Positions 8,661 to 18,312 of a DNA stretch of 64,000 bases are shown here, piece by piece. The DNA lies in the NCBI GenBank assembly GCA_964521305.1, contig CAZFQZ010000001.1, forward strand, positions 22 through 64,021, written 5' to 3'. Source of the DNA: an uncultured Gammaproteobacteria bacterium (GTDB taxonomy: Bacteria > Patescibacteriota > Microgenomatia > UBA1406 > GWC2-37-13). The notes under the pieces were generated by a model, which was given only the letters and a program-made list of their open reading frames with translations, had not been told where the DNA came from and ran no database searches. The stretch's first letter is position 1, and every line of letters begins with the position of its first letter. A program made the position numbers and the translations under genes.

Positions 8661-11231
8661 ATGGAAAACATCTATGCGGGGCTTACTGCTACACAGGTTA
8701 ATTCACGGTTGCAAAAAGAGGGATATAACGCACTGCCGTCCCAAAAACAGCGGAATATTTTTGCGATTTTCGTTTCAGTATTAAAAGAACCGATGTTATT
8801 GATGTTGCTGGGTGCGGGAACCATATATTTTATCCTCGGTGAGCCGCGTGATGCGCTGATGTTGTTAAGTTTTGTCATTGTTGTCATAGGGATAACGTTT
8901 TACCAGGAACGCAAAACAGAGCGGGCTCTTGAGGTTTTGAAAAATCTGTCGAGTCCGCGCGCATTGGTGATACGGAATGGTCAACAATTCAGAATCCCCG
9001 GTAGGGAAGTCGCACGTGATGATATCGTAGTACTTCGCGAAGGAGATCGGGTTCCCGCAGATGCGGCAGTACTTCAGGCGAGCAATCTGATGGTTGACGA
9101 ATCACTGTTGACTGGTGAATCGGCAGCGGTCAGGAAATCGGTATGGGACGGTAAAACGATCCATACGCATCCGGGCGGTGAAGATCTTCCGTTTATCTTT
9201 TCCGGTACCATGATTACCCAAGGTAGGGCTATCGCGCGGGTGTTCGCAATAGGAGTTCGTACAGAAATGGGGAAAATAGGCAAATCCCTGCAGTCAATCC
9301 ACGAGGAAGATACGCTGTTGCAAAAAGAAACCGCGATCATAGTGCGTAATTTTGCGGTCATCGGCGTTGTTCTGTGCATGCTGGTGATTGTCGTATACGG
9401 TCTGATTAGGGGAAATTGGATCAACGGACTGTTGTCGGGATTGACCCTTAGCATGGCAATACTTCCCGAAGAATTCCCGGTTGTCCTGCTGGTATTTCTT
9501 ACGTTAGGCGCGTGGAGAATGTCTAAAAGAAAGGTATTGACGAGAAAGACAGCGGTCATAGAAACACTTGGCGCGACGACGGTTTTGTGTGTTGACAAGA
9601 CCGGTACATTGACCATGAATGAAATGAGAATGGATGGATTGATGACGGACGACGTTTACTACGATCTTGAATCGCATAAAGGAAATCTTTTGCCGGAGCG
9701 ATATCATGGCCTGATCGAATATGCGTATCTGGCGAGTCAGAAAGATCCTTTTGATCCGTTGGAAAAGGAAATAAAATCGAAAATAGAGGGGTCATTTATT
9801 GAGTCGGAACATATCCACGGAGATTGGACGCTGATCCGTGAATATCCTTTATCAAAAGAATTGTTGGCGTTATCGTACGTGTGGGAATCTCCGGACAAAA
9901 AAGAATATGTGATTGCGGCAAAAGGTGCCCCCGAAGCAGTAGCTGATCTTTGCCATCTAAGTAATCAGGAAGCAAAAAAATTACAAGCGAATATTAAAAC
10001 AATGTCAGAAAAAGGATTGCGGATAATCGGTGTTGCCCGGGCCCTATTCAAAAAGGGAAATCTTCCAAAAATCCAGCACGACTTTGCGTTCGAGTTTATC
10101 GGTCTTTTGGGATTCAGCGATCCGATCAGAGAATCGGTCTGTAATGCGGTGAAAGAATGCCACACTGCCGGCATCAGGGTCATTATGATTACCGGCGATT
10201 ATCCCGGGACGGCGCAGTTTATTGCACGGAAAATCGGTCTTCAAAACAGCGATAGGTATATAACGGGCGACGAGCTGCGCAGTTTGAGTACCGAAGATTT
10301 GCGCAAACGGATAAGAACGACCAATATTTTCGCACGGGTCGTCCCCGAACAAAAACTTCATATTGTGAGTGCGTTGAAAGCCAATAGGGAAATCGTGGCG
10401 ATGACCGGTGACGGCGTCAATGACGCGCCGGCTTTGAAATCGGCCCATATCGGTATCGCCATGGGAGAGCGGGGAACCGATGTGGCGCGTGAGGCCGCGG
10501 ACATGGTTCTTTTAAACGACGATTTTTCATCTATTGTTCAGGCGGACAAGATGGGAAGGCGTATTTTCGACAATCTGAAAAAAGCGATGGCGTATATCGT
10601 TTCAGTACACATTCCAATCGCGGGAATGTCGTTTCTGCCGGTGTTATTTCAGCTTCCGGTAATCTTGTATCCTGCGCATATTGCTTTTCTCGAGTTAATC
10701 ATCGATCCCGCATGCTCAATCGTGTTCGAATCACAAAAGGAAGAAACCGATATTATGCAGCGGCCGCCACGTAATCTCAAGGAAGTATTATTTGACAGGA
10801 GTACGTTTGTTTTCAGTCTAATCCAAGGAATAACGCTTTTAGCGGTTGTATTTATCATGTATGTTGTTGCACTACAAAAAGGCTTTCCTGAAAATGAGGT
10901 CAGATCGATGACCTTCAGCGTCATCGTCTTCGGAAATCTGTTCCTCATTATTTCGAATCTTTCCTACAAGGAACATATATTCGATATTCTCAAAGAACGC
11001 AACAAGTCCTTGTTATATGTATTGATCAGCGCGGTTTTTGCGTTGTTTATTGTGTTATATGTGCCTTTTTTTCAGGACCTGTTCCATTTCGCCCTTTTAC
11101 GGACGAAGGAAGTCTTAATAGCATTTGCCGGAGCGTTTTTTAGTCTCATATGGCTTGAAGGATTCAAATTGGTGTACAACCGGATAAATAGGCAACTATC
11201 ATATGGTACACTGGTAAAGAATAGGAGATGA
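8661..11231 (+). CDS. cation-transporting P-type ATPase (P2-like)
   Basis: TGES (LLTGESAAV), phosphorylation site CVDKTGTLTMN, MITGDYPGTA, hinge GDGVNDAPALK and ~10 TM helices. Confidence 0.93.
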   Translation: MENIYAGLTATQVNSRLQKEGYNALPSQKQRNIFAIFVSVLKEPMLLMLLGAGTIYFILGEPRDALMLLSFVIVVIGITFYQERKTERALEVLKNLSSPRALVIRNGQQFRIPGREVARDDIVVLREGDRVPADAAVLQASNLMVDESLLTGESAAVRKSVWDGKTIHTHPGGEDLPFIFSGTMITQGRAIARVFAIGVRTEMGKIGKSLQSIHEEDTLLQKETAIIVRNFAVIGVVLCMLVIVVYGLIRGNWINGLLSGLTLSMAILPEEFPVVLLVFLTLGAWRMSKRKVLTRKTAVIETLGATTVLCVDKTGTLTMNEMRMDGLMTDDVYYDLESHKGNLLPERYHGLIEYAYLASQKDPFDPLEKEIKSKIEGSFIESEHIHGDWTLIREYPLSKELLALSYVWESPDKKEYVIAAKGAPEAVADLCHLSNQEAKKLQANIKTMSEKGLRIIGVARALFKKGNLPKIQHDFAFEFIGLLGFSDPIRESVCNAVKECHTAGIRVIMITGDYPGTAQFIARKIGLQNSDRYITGDELRSLSTEDLRKRIRTTNIFARVVPEQKLHIVSALKANREIVAMTGDGVNDAPALKSAHIGIAMGERGTDVAREAADMVLLNDDFSSIVQADKMGRRIFDNLKKAMAYIVSVHIPIAGMSFLPVLFQLPVILYPAHIAFLELIIDPACSIVFESQKEETDIMQRPPRNLKEVLFDRSTFVFSLIQGITLLAVVFIMYVVALQKGFPENEVRSMTFSVIVFGNLFLIISNLSYKEHIFDILKERNKSLLYVLISAVFALFIVLYVPFFQDLFHFALLRTKEVLIAFAGAFFSLIWLEGFKLVYNRINRQLSYGTLVKNRR

Positions 11232-11237
11232 TGCATT

Positions 11238-11492
11238 ATGACTGATCTCCAAATAGGCAAAGTCACCCATTATTACGACTGGATAGGCGTAGCAGTTGTA
11301 GAATTAACCGGTGATCTTCATGTCGGCGATGCCATAAAAGTCGCGGGAAGAGGCGATGAGTTTACCCAGACGGTTTTATCGATGCAGATAGAACACGAAA
11401 AACTCGAAGAGGCGCATAAGGATCAGGAAATCGGATTGAAGGTTGATCGGCCGGTTAAGGAAGGGGACGTATTGTATAAAGTGACACTGTAA
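11238..11492 (+). CDS. small beta-barrel protein (EF-Tu domain II-like, 'translation elongation factor-like')
   Basis: 84-aa ORF with a GGAG SD 13 nt upstream. The pattern GKVTHYY..IGVAVVEL.G.L.VGD.I resembles EF-Tu domain-2-like barrels. Function uncertain. Confidence 0.55.
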   Translation: MTDLQIGKVTHYYDWIGVAVVELTGDLHVGDAIKVAGRGDEFTQTVLSMQIEHEKLEEAHKDQEIGLKVDRPVKEGDVLYKVTL

Positions 11493-11799
11493 GATCGAGA
11501 GGATTGACGATACATACCGGTCCCGATTTCTACACATACGCAGGTACGCTTCTGCCGCGATATTTTTATTATGAACTTTTTTCCCTAACTGCGCATAATA
11601 ATTCATATATAGGTATGAGTGTTATCAGTCAAACTTGTATTATGGTACATTCTGTTCTTTTCGGACTGTTTGTACTGGCAAGTTTTCTGGTTTTGGTTTT
11701 TGTAATCTTGTAACCAAAGAAAAAAAATACTGTGCTTTCCCGCGTGTGAGAATGTACATACGCATATACTTTTCTAAGCCGCTTTGATAACCCGATAGG

Positions 11800-11829
11800 T
11801 TGCAAACAAACATACGACGGGTATACAAT
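11800..11829 (+). promoter_or_regulatory. sigma70-like promoter TTGCAA-N18-TACAAT
   Basis: -35 at 11800-11805 and -10 at 11824-11829. The second in-frame ATG of the DUF2130 gene (11837) lies 7 nt after the -10. Confidence 0.45.
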
Positions 11830-13012
11830 GGTTGATATGAATGATCAAATTATCTGTCCGCATTGCAAAAAATCGATTCCGTTGACCCAAGCGTTGTCGC
11901 ATGAGCTTAAGGAAAAGCTCCAAAAGGACCAGGAGCAGGAACTGGCTGAGGAAAAAAAACGTTTGAACGATGAAGCGCGGAAATGGCGTGAAGAGCAGCT
12001 GAGGAAACTTGAAGATCGGGTAAAACAGGAGACGGATTACAAACTGAAAGACGCGAAAAACGAGGCTGACGAGTTGAAAAAACAGAACTCAGCGCTTCAG
12101 GAACAACTTCTCGAAACGAATAAATTATTGAGGCAACTGCGGACAGATCGTGAAAAGGAGCGTTTAGATTTCGAGAAGAAACTGAACGAAGAACAAGAAC
12201 ACATCAGGCAAAAAGAGCAGAAGCGCATTGACGAAGAATACCGGATGAAAATGCTTGAAAAGGAAAAACAGTTGAATGATGCATTAAAAGTCAATGATAT
12301 ATTAAAGAGGAAATTGGAACAGGGTTCGCAGCAAACACAGGGAGAAGTGTTGGAGTTGGCGCTGGAAGAGACCATACGCAAAGAATTTCCGATGGATGAA
12401 ATAAAAGAAGTGCCAAAAGGAGTGCGCGGTGCCGATATCATACAGGTCGTAAAAAATAATTACGGGAAAATAAGCGGTACAATTATCTGGGAATTGAAAC
12501 GAACGAAAGCATGGACAAACAGCTGGGTACAAAAATTGAAAGACGATCAGCGTACGGTCAACGCGGAGGTGGCGGTTCTAGTCAGCAACGTGTTGCCGGA
12601 CGGCATAAAATACTTCGGATTATATGAAGGAATATGGGTGTGTGATTATGATGCGATTCTCGGTTTGACGGTCATGGTGCGGGAAAGTCTGGTCAAGATT
12701 CAGGGAGTGAAATCGTCCGTGGTCGGCAAGGAGGAAAAAAAGGAAATATTGTGGAATTATTTGACCGGTACCGAATTCAAGCAGCGTGTCGAAGCGATTT
12801 ACGACGCATATTCGCAGATGCAGGAAGAGATCGAAAAGGAAAAACGCTGGTTTAGTCTCAAATGGGCGAAACAGGAGAAGCAAACGCGTAAGGTCATCGA
12901 TAACATTCTGGGGATGAGCGGCGATTTGCAGGGTATCGTCGGGAAAGCATTGCCGGAAATTAAAGGATTCGACTCGCTTCCTTCTGGATCAAAAGAGGAG
13001 AAGTTATTTTGA
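11828..13012 (+). CDS. DUF2130-family protein (N-terminal zinc-ribbon-like CxxC, long coiled coil, C-terminal nuclease-like domain)
   Basis: IICPHCKKSIPLTQAL start, then ~170 aa of E/K/Q-rich coiled coil and a globular C-terminus (GADIIQVV....IIWELKRTK.W). Likely real start is ATG 11837. Confidence 0.7.
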   Translation: MVDMNDQIICPHCKKSIPLTQALSHELKEKLQKDQEQELAEEKKRLNDEARKWREEQLRKLEDRVKQETDYKLKDAKNEADELKKQNSALQEQLLETNKLLRQLRTDREKERLDFEKKLNEEQEHIRQKEQKRIDEEYRMKMLEKEKQLNDALKVNDILKRKLEQGSQQTQGEVLELALEETIRKEFPMDEIKEVPKGVRGADIIQVVKNNYGKISGTIIWELKRTKAWTNSWVQKLKDDQRTVNAEVAVLVSNVLPDGIKYFGLYEGIWVCDYDAILGLTVMVRESLVKIQGVKSSVVGKEEKKEILWNYLTGTEFKQRVEAIYDAYSQMQEEIEKEKRWFSLKWAKQEKQTRKVIDNILGMSGDLQGIVGKALPEIKGFDSLPSGSKEEKLF

Positions 13013-13611
13013 TTATGGATTACGTTACGATTAACAGCATATTCCGCGTATTATCAAAAATTATTGTCATAATTCCGATCGGAATTATTCTGATTGCGTT
13101 GTTCATGCAGTTGAGTCGGAAATCATTCACGCTGTCGTCCAGACAGATTTCGATTACTCCGAAGGCCGCTTCCCTTCCCGTACCATCCGTGACGGTAAAC
13201 GCATCTTCAACCATTCAGTCGATACTCTCCGGTCCGTTAATATGTATGTTCAGCTCGAAGGACGCGACGGTCAGCGCGTATATCAAGTCACAAAAAGTCC
13301 AAGCAACATTGGAGCAGAAAAAGAGTACGGTTGATATTATTTTGGTTGACGATTGCATACATATATGGGAACGTCAAAAAACAAGCGGTACGAAAATATG
13401 CGGTTTAGGTTCTTACTTGACAATTTTTGGTCAAATGAAGATCGGTAATCTGATATCTCTGGGAATACCTTTTTCCATTCCCTCATTGATGCCGGCGCAT
13501 AAAATAGACATTCAAACGGTTTTGCAGTCTTGTAAGAAAGAAGATTTCAACGGAAACGGCTATTTCAATCTACCTAAAAATGTTGTATTCACCGAGCGGA
13601 AATTATTCTAA
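13009..13611 (+). CDS. membrane-anchored hypothetical protein
   Basis: 200-aa ORF with a 4-nt ATGA-type overlap with the upstream gene and an N-terminal TM (IIVIIPIGIILIALFM). Confidence 0.6.
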   Translation: MIMDYVTINSIFRVLSKIIVIIPIGIILIALFMQLSRKSFTLSSRQISITPKAASLPVPSVTVNASSTIQSILSGPLICMFSSKDATVSAYIKSQKVQATLEQKKSTVDIILVDDCIHIWERQKTSGTKICGLGSYLTIFGQMKIGNLISLGIPFSIPSLMPAHKIDIQTVLQSCKKEDFNGNGYFNLPKNVVFTERKLF

Positions 13612-13617
13612 TAAAAA

Positions 13618-13741
13618 TGCCCCGGCTACGACCTACTTTCCCCAGCTCCGCTTTGGAGTGAGTATCATCGGCGCTGACTCGTTTCACTTCCTTGTTCGGG
13701 ATGGGAAAGGGTGGTGCCAAGTCGCTCAGATAACCAGGGCA
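13618..13741 (-). rRNA. rrf: 5S ribosomal RNA (stand-alone, no 16S/23S in window)
   Basis: The minus strand reads ...GCCCTGGTTATCTGAGCGACTTGGCACCACCCTTTCCCATCCCGAACAAGGAAGTGAAACGAGTCAGCGCCGATGATACTC...GGGGAAAGTAGGTCGTAGCCGGGGC. It has the conserved CCGAAC...GAAGTGAAAC and GCGCCGATGGTA-like blocks. A 9-bp helix I pairs 13740-13732 with 13619-13627. Confidence 0.9.
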
Positions 13742-13765
13742 GACAATAGTATATAATATAATCAG

Positions 13766-14308
13766 ATGGAAAACAACAGAACCCAATCCCACCGGTTTCT
13801 CCATTCATTTTGTCTGAATCCTTCCGTATGTTTCGAGACACAGTTGCAGAACGAGCAGGTCTTGCTGGTTCTCCGTGCCCATCCTTTTACGCAATTGCCG
13901 TGGATGTTTTACTCGATCGTCATGTTAATACTGCTTTTTATCATAAATATCGTGGTGAGCTCTTTTTTTTCATGGCGCCAGATATTGTTTATGGATAGTA
14001 TGGCCCTGGTTTTTATCGTGAGTTATGTGTGGCTCAATTTCTTAAACTGGTTTTTTAACGTAGGTGTTGTTACTAATATTCGTATTGTCGACATCGATTT
14101 CACCAATGCTATCTATAAGGAGGTAACTGAAGCCCATCTGGATAAAATAGAAGAGATAACTTCCAAAAGCGGCGGATTTTTTGCATCGTTTTTCGATTTC
14201 GGGAACGTCTATGTTGAAACGGCGGGAGAAGCGCCAAACATCGAATTTATCAATATTCCCAAACCGGCGGATGTTGTTACCATAATAGACGGACTATTGG
14301 GAAAATAA
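13766..14308 (+). CDS. membrane protein with bacterial PH-like (YdbS/YdbT-type) domain
   Basis: Two TM helices followed by ...VVTNIRIVDIDF....VTEAHLDKIEEIT....FGNVYVETAGE, as in membrane-flanked bPH domains. Confidence 0.55.
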   Translation: MENNRTQSHRFLHSFCLNPSVCFETQLQNEQVLLVLRAHPFTQLPWMFYSIVMLILLFIINIVVSSFFSWRQILFMDSMALVFIVSYVWLNFLNWFFNVGVVTNIRIVDIDFTNAIYKEVTEAHLDKIEEITSKSGGFFASFFDFGNVYVETAGEAPNIEFINIPKPADVVTIIDGLLGK

Positions 14309-14310
14309 CT

Positions 14311-14547
14311 ATGGAATTACAGCAAATACAATTATTAAGCGCATCACAGGTGATCTATATCGCCTTTAAAACGTTTGCAATCATTTTTTCCGTATTTTAC
14401 CTTTTTTACGCATTGGTTATTAGAAAGCAAACGCAGATAATGAACAAAACACTGCAGGTGGAAAACAACGGTATATTTTCAGTTATTTCATCGCTTCAGA
14501 TAACCGCAGCGCTTATTCTAATTATATTTGCCATTTTACTCGTATAG
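14311..14547 (+). CDS. small two-TM membrane protein
   Basis: 78-aa ORF, 2 nt after the upstream stop, with two hydrophobic helices. Confidence 0.55.
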   Translation: MELQQIQLLSASQVIYIAFKTFAIIFSVFYLFYALVIRKQTQIMNKTLQVENNGIFSVISSLQITAALILIIFAILLV

Positions 14548-14551
14548 CATT

Positions 14552-16360
14552 ATGTTCGGTACGGAAATCGCTATGTACGTCGGTTCGGAAAAAGAAAACG
14601 GATTTGGCGGTTATATTGCTGAGAACAATTGGTTTCTTGAGATTGAAGTCGAAGAAGGTCTGGAAGAGTCAAAAGGCATAAATATTTTGCACGAAATAAA
14701 ACAGTACCTGTTTTCGCAAACCATTGAAAATCTTTCCTCATTTGAGCAATGCGTCATGGAGTCGTTCAAGCTACATAATTTACCTGCAGGTCTTTCCTTG
14801 TCTGCCGGATATTTGCACGGATCTGTATTATATGTTAAGACAATCGGAACCGGAAGTGTGCATATCCTGCGCAAAAACCAGTTTGCGCAACTAATTGGCG
14901 ACACACAGACTGCGTCAGGGTTCGTCGAAAAAGACGACCTGTTTATTTTTTCTTCGTCCCGATTCATAGAGAAAAGCGGAGGAGAGTGGTCGCTGCATAA
15001 AACGATCCAGAAACATAAACTGCACGAAGCAGTGGAAGAGCTTACTCCGATTGTTAAAAGCAACGGAGACAACGTTTTAATCGCTATTTTCGTGCATATA
15101 TATGTGAAGGAACTGGATATGCAACCGTCGAATGACGAGAATCAGATAGCTTCTTCGGTATCTTCCGCGGAATTCGCAGGAGAACCGATGTTTATTTCAA
15201 AGACAAAACCATGGGATCCGATACTGAGGTCGATAAAGCAACTGTATTTTCAAACTCAGGAGGTAAACGGCGGACCGGGTAAGAAAAAAATATATACTTT
15301 TATCGCCGTGGTTATTATTTCCGCAATACTTTTTTGGAGCGTGGTGTTAGGATATTCACGAAGAAAAGAAGCGATGGTAGAAAAAAGCATCCTGGATACG
15401 AAAGCGTCAATACAACAGGATCTTAACCAGGCAGATTCATCAGCTTTTCTCGATTTATCAAAATCACAGGATTATATCAACCAGGCAAAAAGCAAGCTCG
15501 ATGAATTACGACAGTCAGTACCCCGGAATAAACAGCAGGAATTGATCCAGATAGCTGCGATGATCAGTTCCGAAGAAAATAAAATCGTCAAGAAGGAAAA
15601 TAAGCAATATACCGAATTCTATGACTTGAAAGTTGATAATCAGAAAGCAGACGGTAAAACGATGTATCTCGACGGTTCGTCGTTGCTGATTCTTGATTCC
15701 GGACAGGGAGTGATTTACAGCCTTGACATCGATAAAAAATCTTTGGATAAGCAGTCGGATTCCTCGATACGATCGGCGCAGCTGGTCGCCGGATATAACG
15801 GAAACGACTATTTTTACACGCCATCCGGTTTGTATGAAATCGAAACAACAGGAACGGTAAAAAAAATCATAGGCAGCGATCCAGAATGGGGGATAATTTC
15901 TTCTTTTTGGGTCTATAATGGCAACGTATATGTTTTGAGTCAGGGAAAAGACGTATATAAATATTTGGTTGCGGAAAACGGGTATTCGGCAAAATCATCG
16001 TATTTCGGTCCGATTGGTCCGCCTGATTTGCATGGCGCTCACACGATGGCTATAGATTCTTCGGTGTATTTAGGGTTTGATAACACGGTAAAAAAGTATA
16101 CGGGAGGCGCGCCGGTCGATTTCTCCACGACATATCCGGACCAAGACATCCACATCACCAAAATATACACGGATAAGGACGTAAACAACGTCTATGTATG
16201 GGATAAGCAGAAAGGTGTGCTGTATATTCTTGACAAAACCGGTTCGTATGTTCAGCAAATAGCATCGAGCATTCTCCAACAGGGAACAGATTTCGTTATC
16301 GCGAACAATTTTGCATATGTGTTGATGGGATCAAAAATCTATACGGTCAGTCTTCAATAG
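14552..16360 (+). CDS. large hypothetical membrane protein (PP2C/SpoIIE-like N-domain?, one TM, coiled coil, beta-propeller-like C-domain)
   Basis: Start taken at ATG 14552, 4 nt after the upstream stop. TM helix IYTFIAVVIISAILFWSVVLGY. The C-terminus has repeated ..VY.. beta-strand-like segments. Confidence 0.65.
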   Translation: MFGTEIAMYVGSEKENGFGGYIAENNWFLEIEVEEGLEESKGINILHEIKQYLFSQTIENLSSFEQCVMESFKLHNLPAGLSLSAGYLHGSVLYVKTIGTGSVHILRKNQFAQLIGDTQTASGFVEKDDLFIFSSSRFIEKSGGEWSLHKTIQKHKLHEAVEELTPIVKSNGDNVLIAIFVHIYVKELDMQPSNDENQIASSVSSAEFAGEPMFISKTKPWDPILRSIKQLYFQTQEVNGGPGKKKIYTFIAVVIISAILFWSVVLGYSRRKEAMVEKSILDTKASIQQDLNQADSSAFLDLSKSQDYINQAKSKLDELRQSVPRNKQQELIQIAAMISSEENKIVKKENKQYTEFYDLKVDNQKADGKTMYLDGSSLLILDSGQGVIYSLDIDKKSLDKQSDSSIRSAQLVAGYNGNDYFYTPSGLYEIETTGTVKKIIGSDPEWGIISSFWVYNGNVYVLSQGKDVYKYLVAENGYSAKSSYFGPIGPPDLHGAHTMAIDSSVYLGFDNTVKKYTGGAPVDFSTTYPDQDIHITKIYTDKDVNNVYVWDKQKGVLYILDKTGSYVQQIASSILQQGTDFVIANNFAYVLMGSKIYTVSLQ

Positions 16361-16382
16361 TGCGAATTGTGAGTCGGTTCGA

Positions 16383-17270
16383 TTATTTTATGAAGTCATT
16401 CAATTGTTTGTTCAACGATGTCACATATACAGAGGGAACGACATAGACGAGCGGGGCGTTTTCAACATGGACGTAATAATTGTCTTTATCTTTTTCATAC
16501 GCTTGGGCTGTAATCGTTTTGCCGTTTTCCGTAACGGTTAACGAAAGATAGGGTTGATTCAACTGGTTGTTTACAGTCGTGTACGGCACGACGTCGGTTC
16601 CTTTGAGCGTTTTGATGTCGTTAAGAAAAAAATCCACGCGTTCTTTTAGCAAAGGTGTCGTATCGCTGACCCAGTTTCCTTTATTGTTTTGGATAGTCAA
16701 CGTATTGCCGTTTTCAATGGTTACTTTCGTAACATTGCTCTCGTTTGCGACGATGTGCGGGTTGAGATCGCGGAAATCGGACGGTGAAAGAATATCGGTA
16801 AATAAGTCCGAGGTGAAGACGTTTGGACTCGTGTCTACCGAAACATATACATCGTTCACTCCGGAATTTTTGCCGATGAATACTTCATAAGTTTTTGCGC
16901 TTGATTTCAGACTGACGCTTTCCGGCCCGATACCGAAATCGGTATTTTTTGCGGGGTTATTGGAAACGGTGTCGGTTTTTTTGAAAGAAGAAAAAGCATC
17001 CATGATTCGCTGGATTCTACTTGGATCGGCGTCATATTCAATGCCGTCTTTTTTTATTTTCCATGCACCGTTTTTGTAATAAAGATCATATTGCTGTCCG
17101 TTATTTTTGATGAGGATATCCGACACGCTTTTCTGGTCGAAATGCGGAAAAACCTTGTTTGAAACATACGTTTTCACGTAATATTGATACGTCTGCTGAA
17201 TGCCGACTATTCCGAAGAAGATGATACATAGGCTAATAAGAATCCATAAGCGTTTCTTATTCTTTTCCAT
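16383..17270 (-). CDS. membrane-anchored hypothetical protein (DUF4340-like)
   Basis: N-terminal TM (LWILISLCIIFFGIVGI) followed by repeated beta-rich modules. The family guess is by eye. Confidence 0.55.
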   Translation of the reverse strand: MEKNKKRLWILISLCIIFFGIVGIQQTYQYYVKTYVSNKVFPHFDQKSVSDILIKNNGQQYDLYYKNGAWKIKKDGIEYDADPSRIQRIMDAFSSFKKTDTVSNNPAKNTDFGIGPESVSLKSSAKTYEVFIGKNSGVNDVYVSVDTSPNVFTSDLFTDILSPSDFRDLNPHIVANESNVTKVTIENGNTLTIQNNKGNWVSDTTPLLKERVDFFLNDIKTLKGTDVVPYTTVNNQLNQPYLSLTVTENGKTITAQAYEKDKDNYYVHVENAPLVYVVPSVYVTSLNKQLNDFIK

Positions 17271-17316
17271 AAGATTCTCTATTATACAACTTCGTCAATT
17301 TTCATTGAAGCGCATT

Positions 17317-18312
17317 TCAAAACAGATGGGTATCGGTGATATGGGCTCCTTTTGAAGTTGTGTTGACGATTGTTTTTAAAACGTATCTCAGGTTATTAAG
17401 TTTGGCGCTCAGTTTTTGTACGTCTTTTTTTCGGCAGATGCAGTGGACGTTCTGTCCGGTGTTGACGGTGAAGTAGACCTCAAGTCCGTCGGTTCTCCAT
17501 TGTTGGATCTGTTTCATCAACGCAAGGGAATTGGGGACCAAATAGATAAGCGGCGGCCATGACGTCATCATGATGCTGTGCAGCTCCAATGCTTCGGATT
17601 CGACAAGTCTACCGAATGACGGGAAATCTTTACCTGCCATATATTTTTTGCATTGCATAATTTTTTCTTTGATGTGTTCAAGCCTGGTTGTAAAAAACGG
17701 GCTGGTATTGGCAATTTGCTGTCCGGCTGTAGAGGAGACGTGTTTTTTTTCCTCGCTGACGATTACTACGATATCGACGATGTCCCAGTAATCGGGCGGA
17801 TATATCCGCACCGCATACGACGTATCATTGGTATTACCATCCAGCCATTCGACAAAACCGCCGGGAATCGATCTGCACGCTGATCCGGCGCCTTGGCGTG
17901 TAAGAATGGAGAGTTCTTTTTCGGGAAGATCAAGGCCAAACGCCTTTGTTGCAGCAAGCGTCAATGCCGCAAATCCTGATGCCGATGAGGATAGACCTGC
18001 GCTTTTGGGAAAATTGTTTATTGATTCGACGTGTGCATACGCGGTTTGGTTGGCTAATGTGCGTATCCGGTTCAAATGGTCTGTTACCCGTTTTGATTCT
18101 TCAATGACCTGTATATGATCAATGACGATGTTATCCCGTTTTAATGAAGGGTCATATTCAACGGTGGTTGTCGTATGGAGATCGCTGAGGTTCATGGAAA
18201 TACTGCCGTTTTCAGGCAACCGAAGTTTTTCATCTTTTTTGCCCCAGTATTTAATGAATGCGATGTTTGATGGTGCGACTGCGGTGGTTTTCATATCGTT
18301 TTGATCAGTCAT
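17317..18312 (-). CDS. mvaD: diphosphomevalonate decarboxylase
   Basis: N-terminal APSNIAFIKYWGKKDE...LPENGSISMNL and GHMP motif SAGLSSSASGFAALT. Overlaps the upstream kinase gene by 8 nt. Confidence 0.9.
   Translation of the reverse strand: MTDQNDMKTTAVAPSNIAFIKYWGKKDEKLRLPENGSISMNLSDLHTTTTVEYDPSLKRDNIVIDHIQVIEESKRVTDHLNRIRTLANQTAYAHVESINNFPKSAGLSSSASGFAALTLAATKAFGLDLPEKELSILTRQGAGSACRSIPGGFVEWLDGNTNDTSYAVRIYPPDYWDIVDIVVIVSEEKKHVSSTAGQQIANTSPFFTTRLEHIKEKIMQCKKYMAGKDFPSFGRLVESEALELHSIMMTSWPPLIYLVPNSLALMKQIQQWRTDGLEVYFTVNTGQNVHCICRKKDVQKLSAKLNNLRYVLKTIVNTTSKGAHITDTHLF

Noticed and set aside
13589-13804. 71-aa minus-strand ORF
   Set aside because: It coincides with the 5S rRNA gene, so the region is explained by the RNA.
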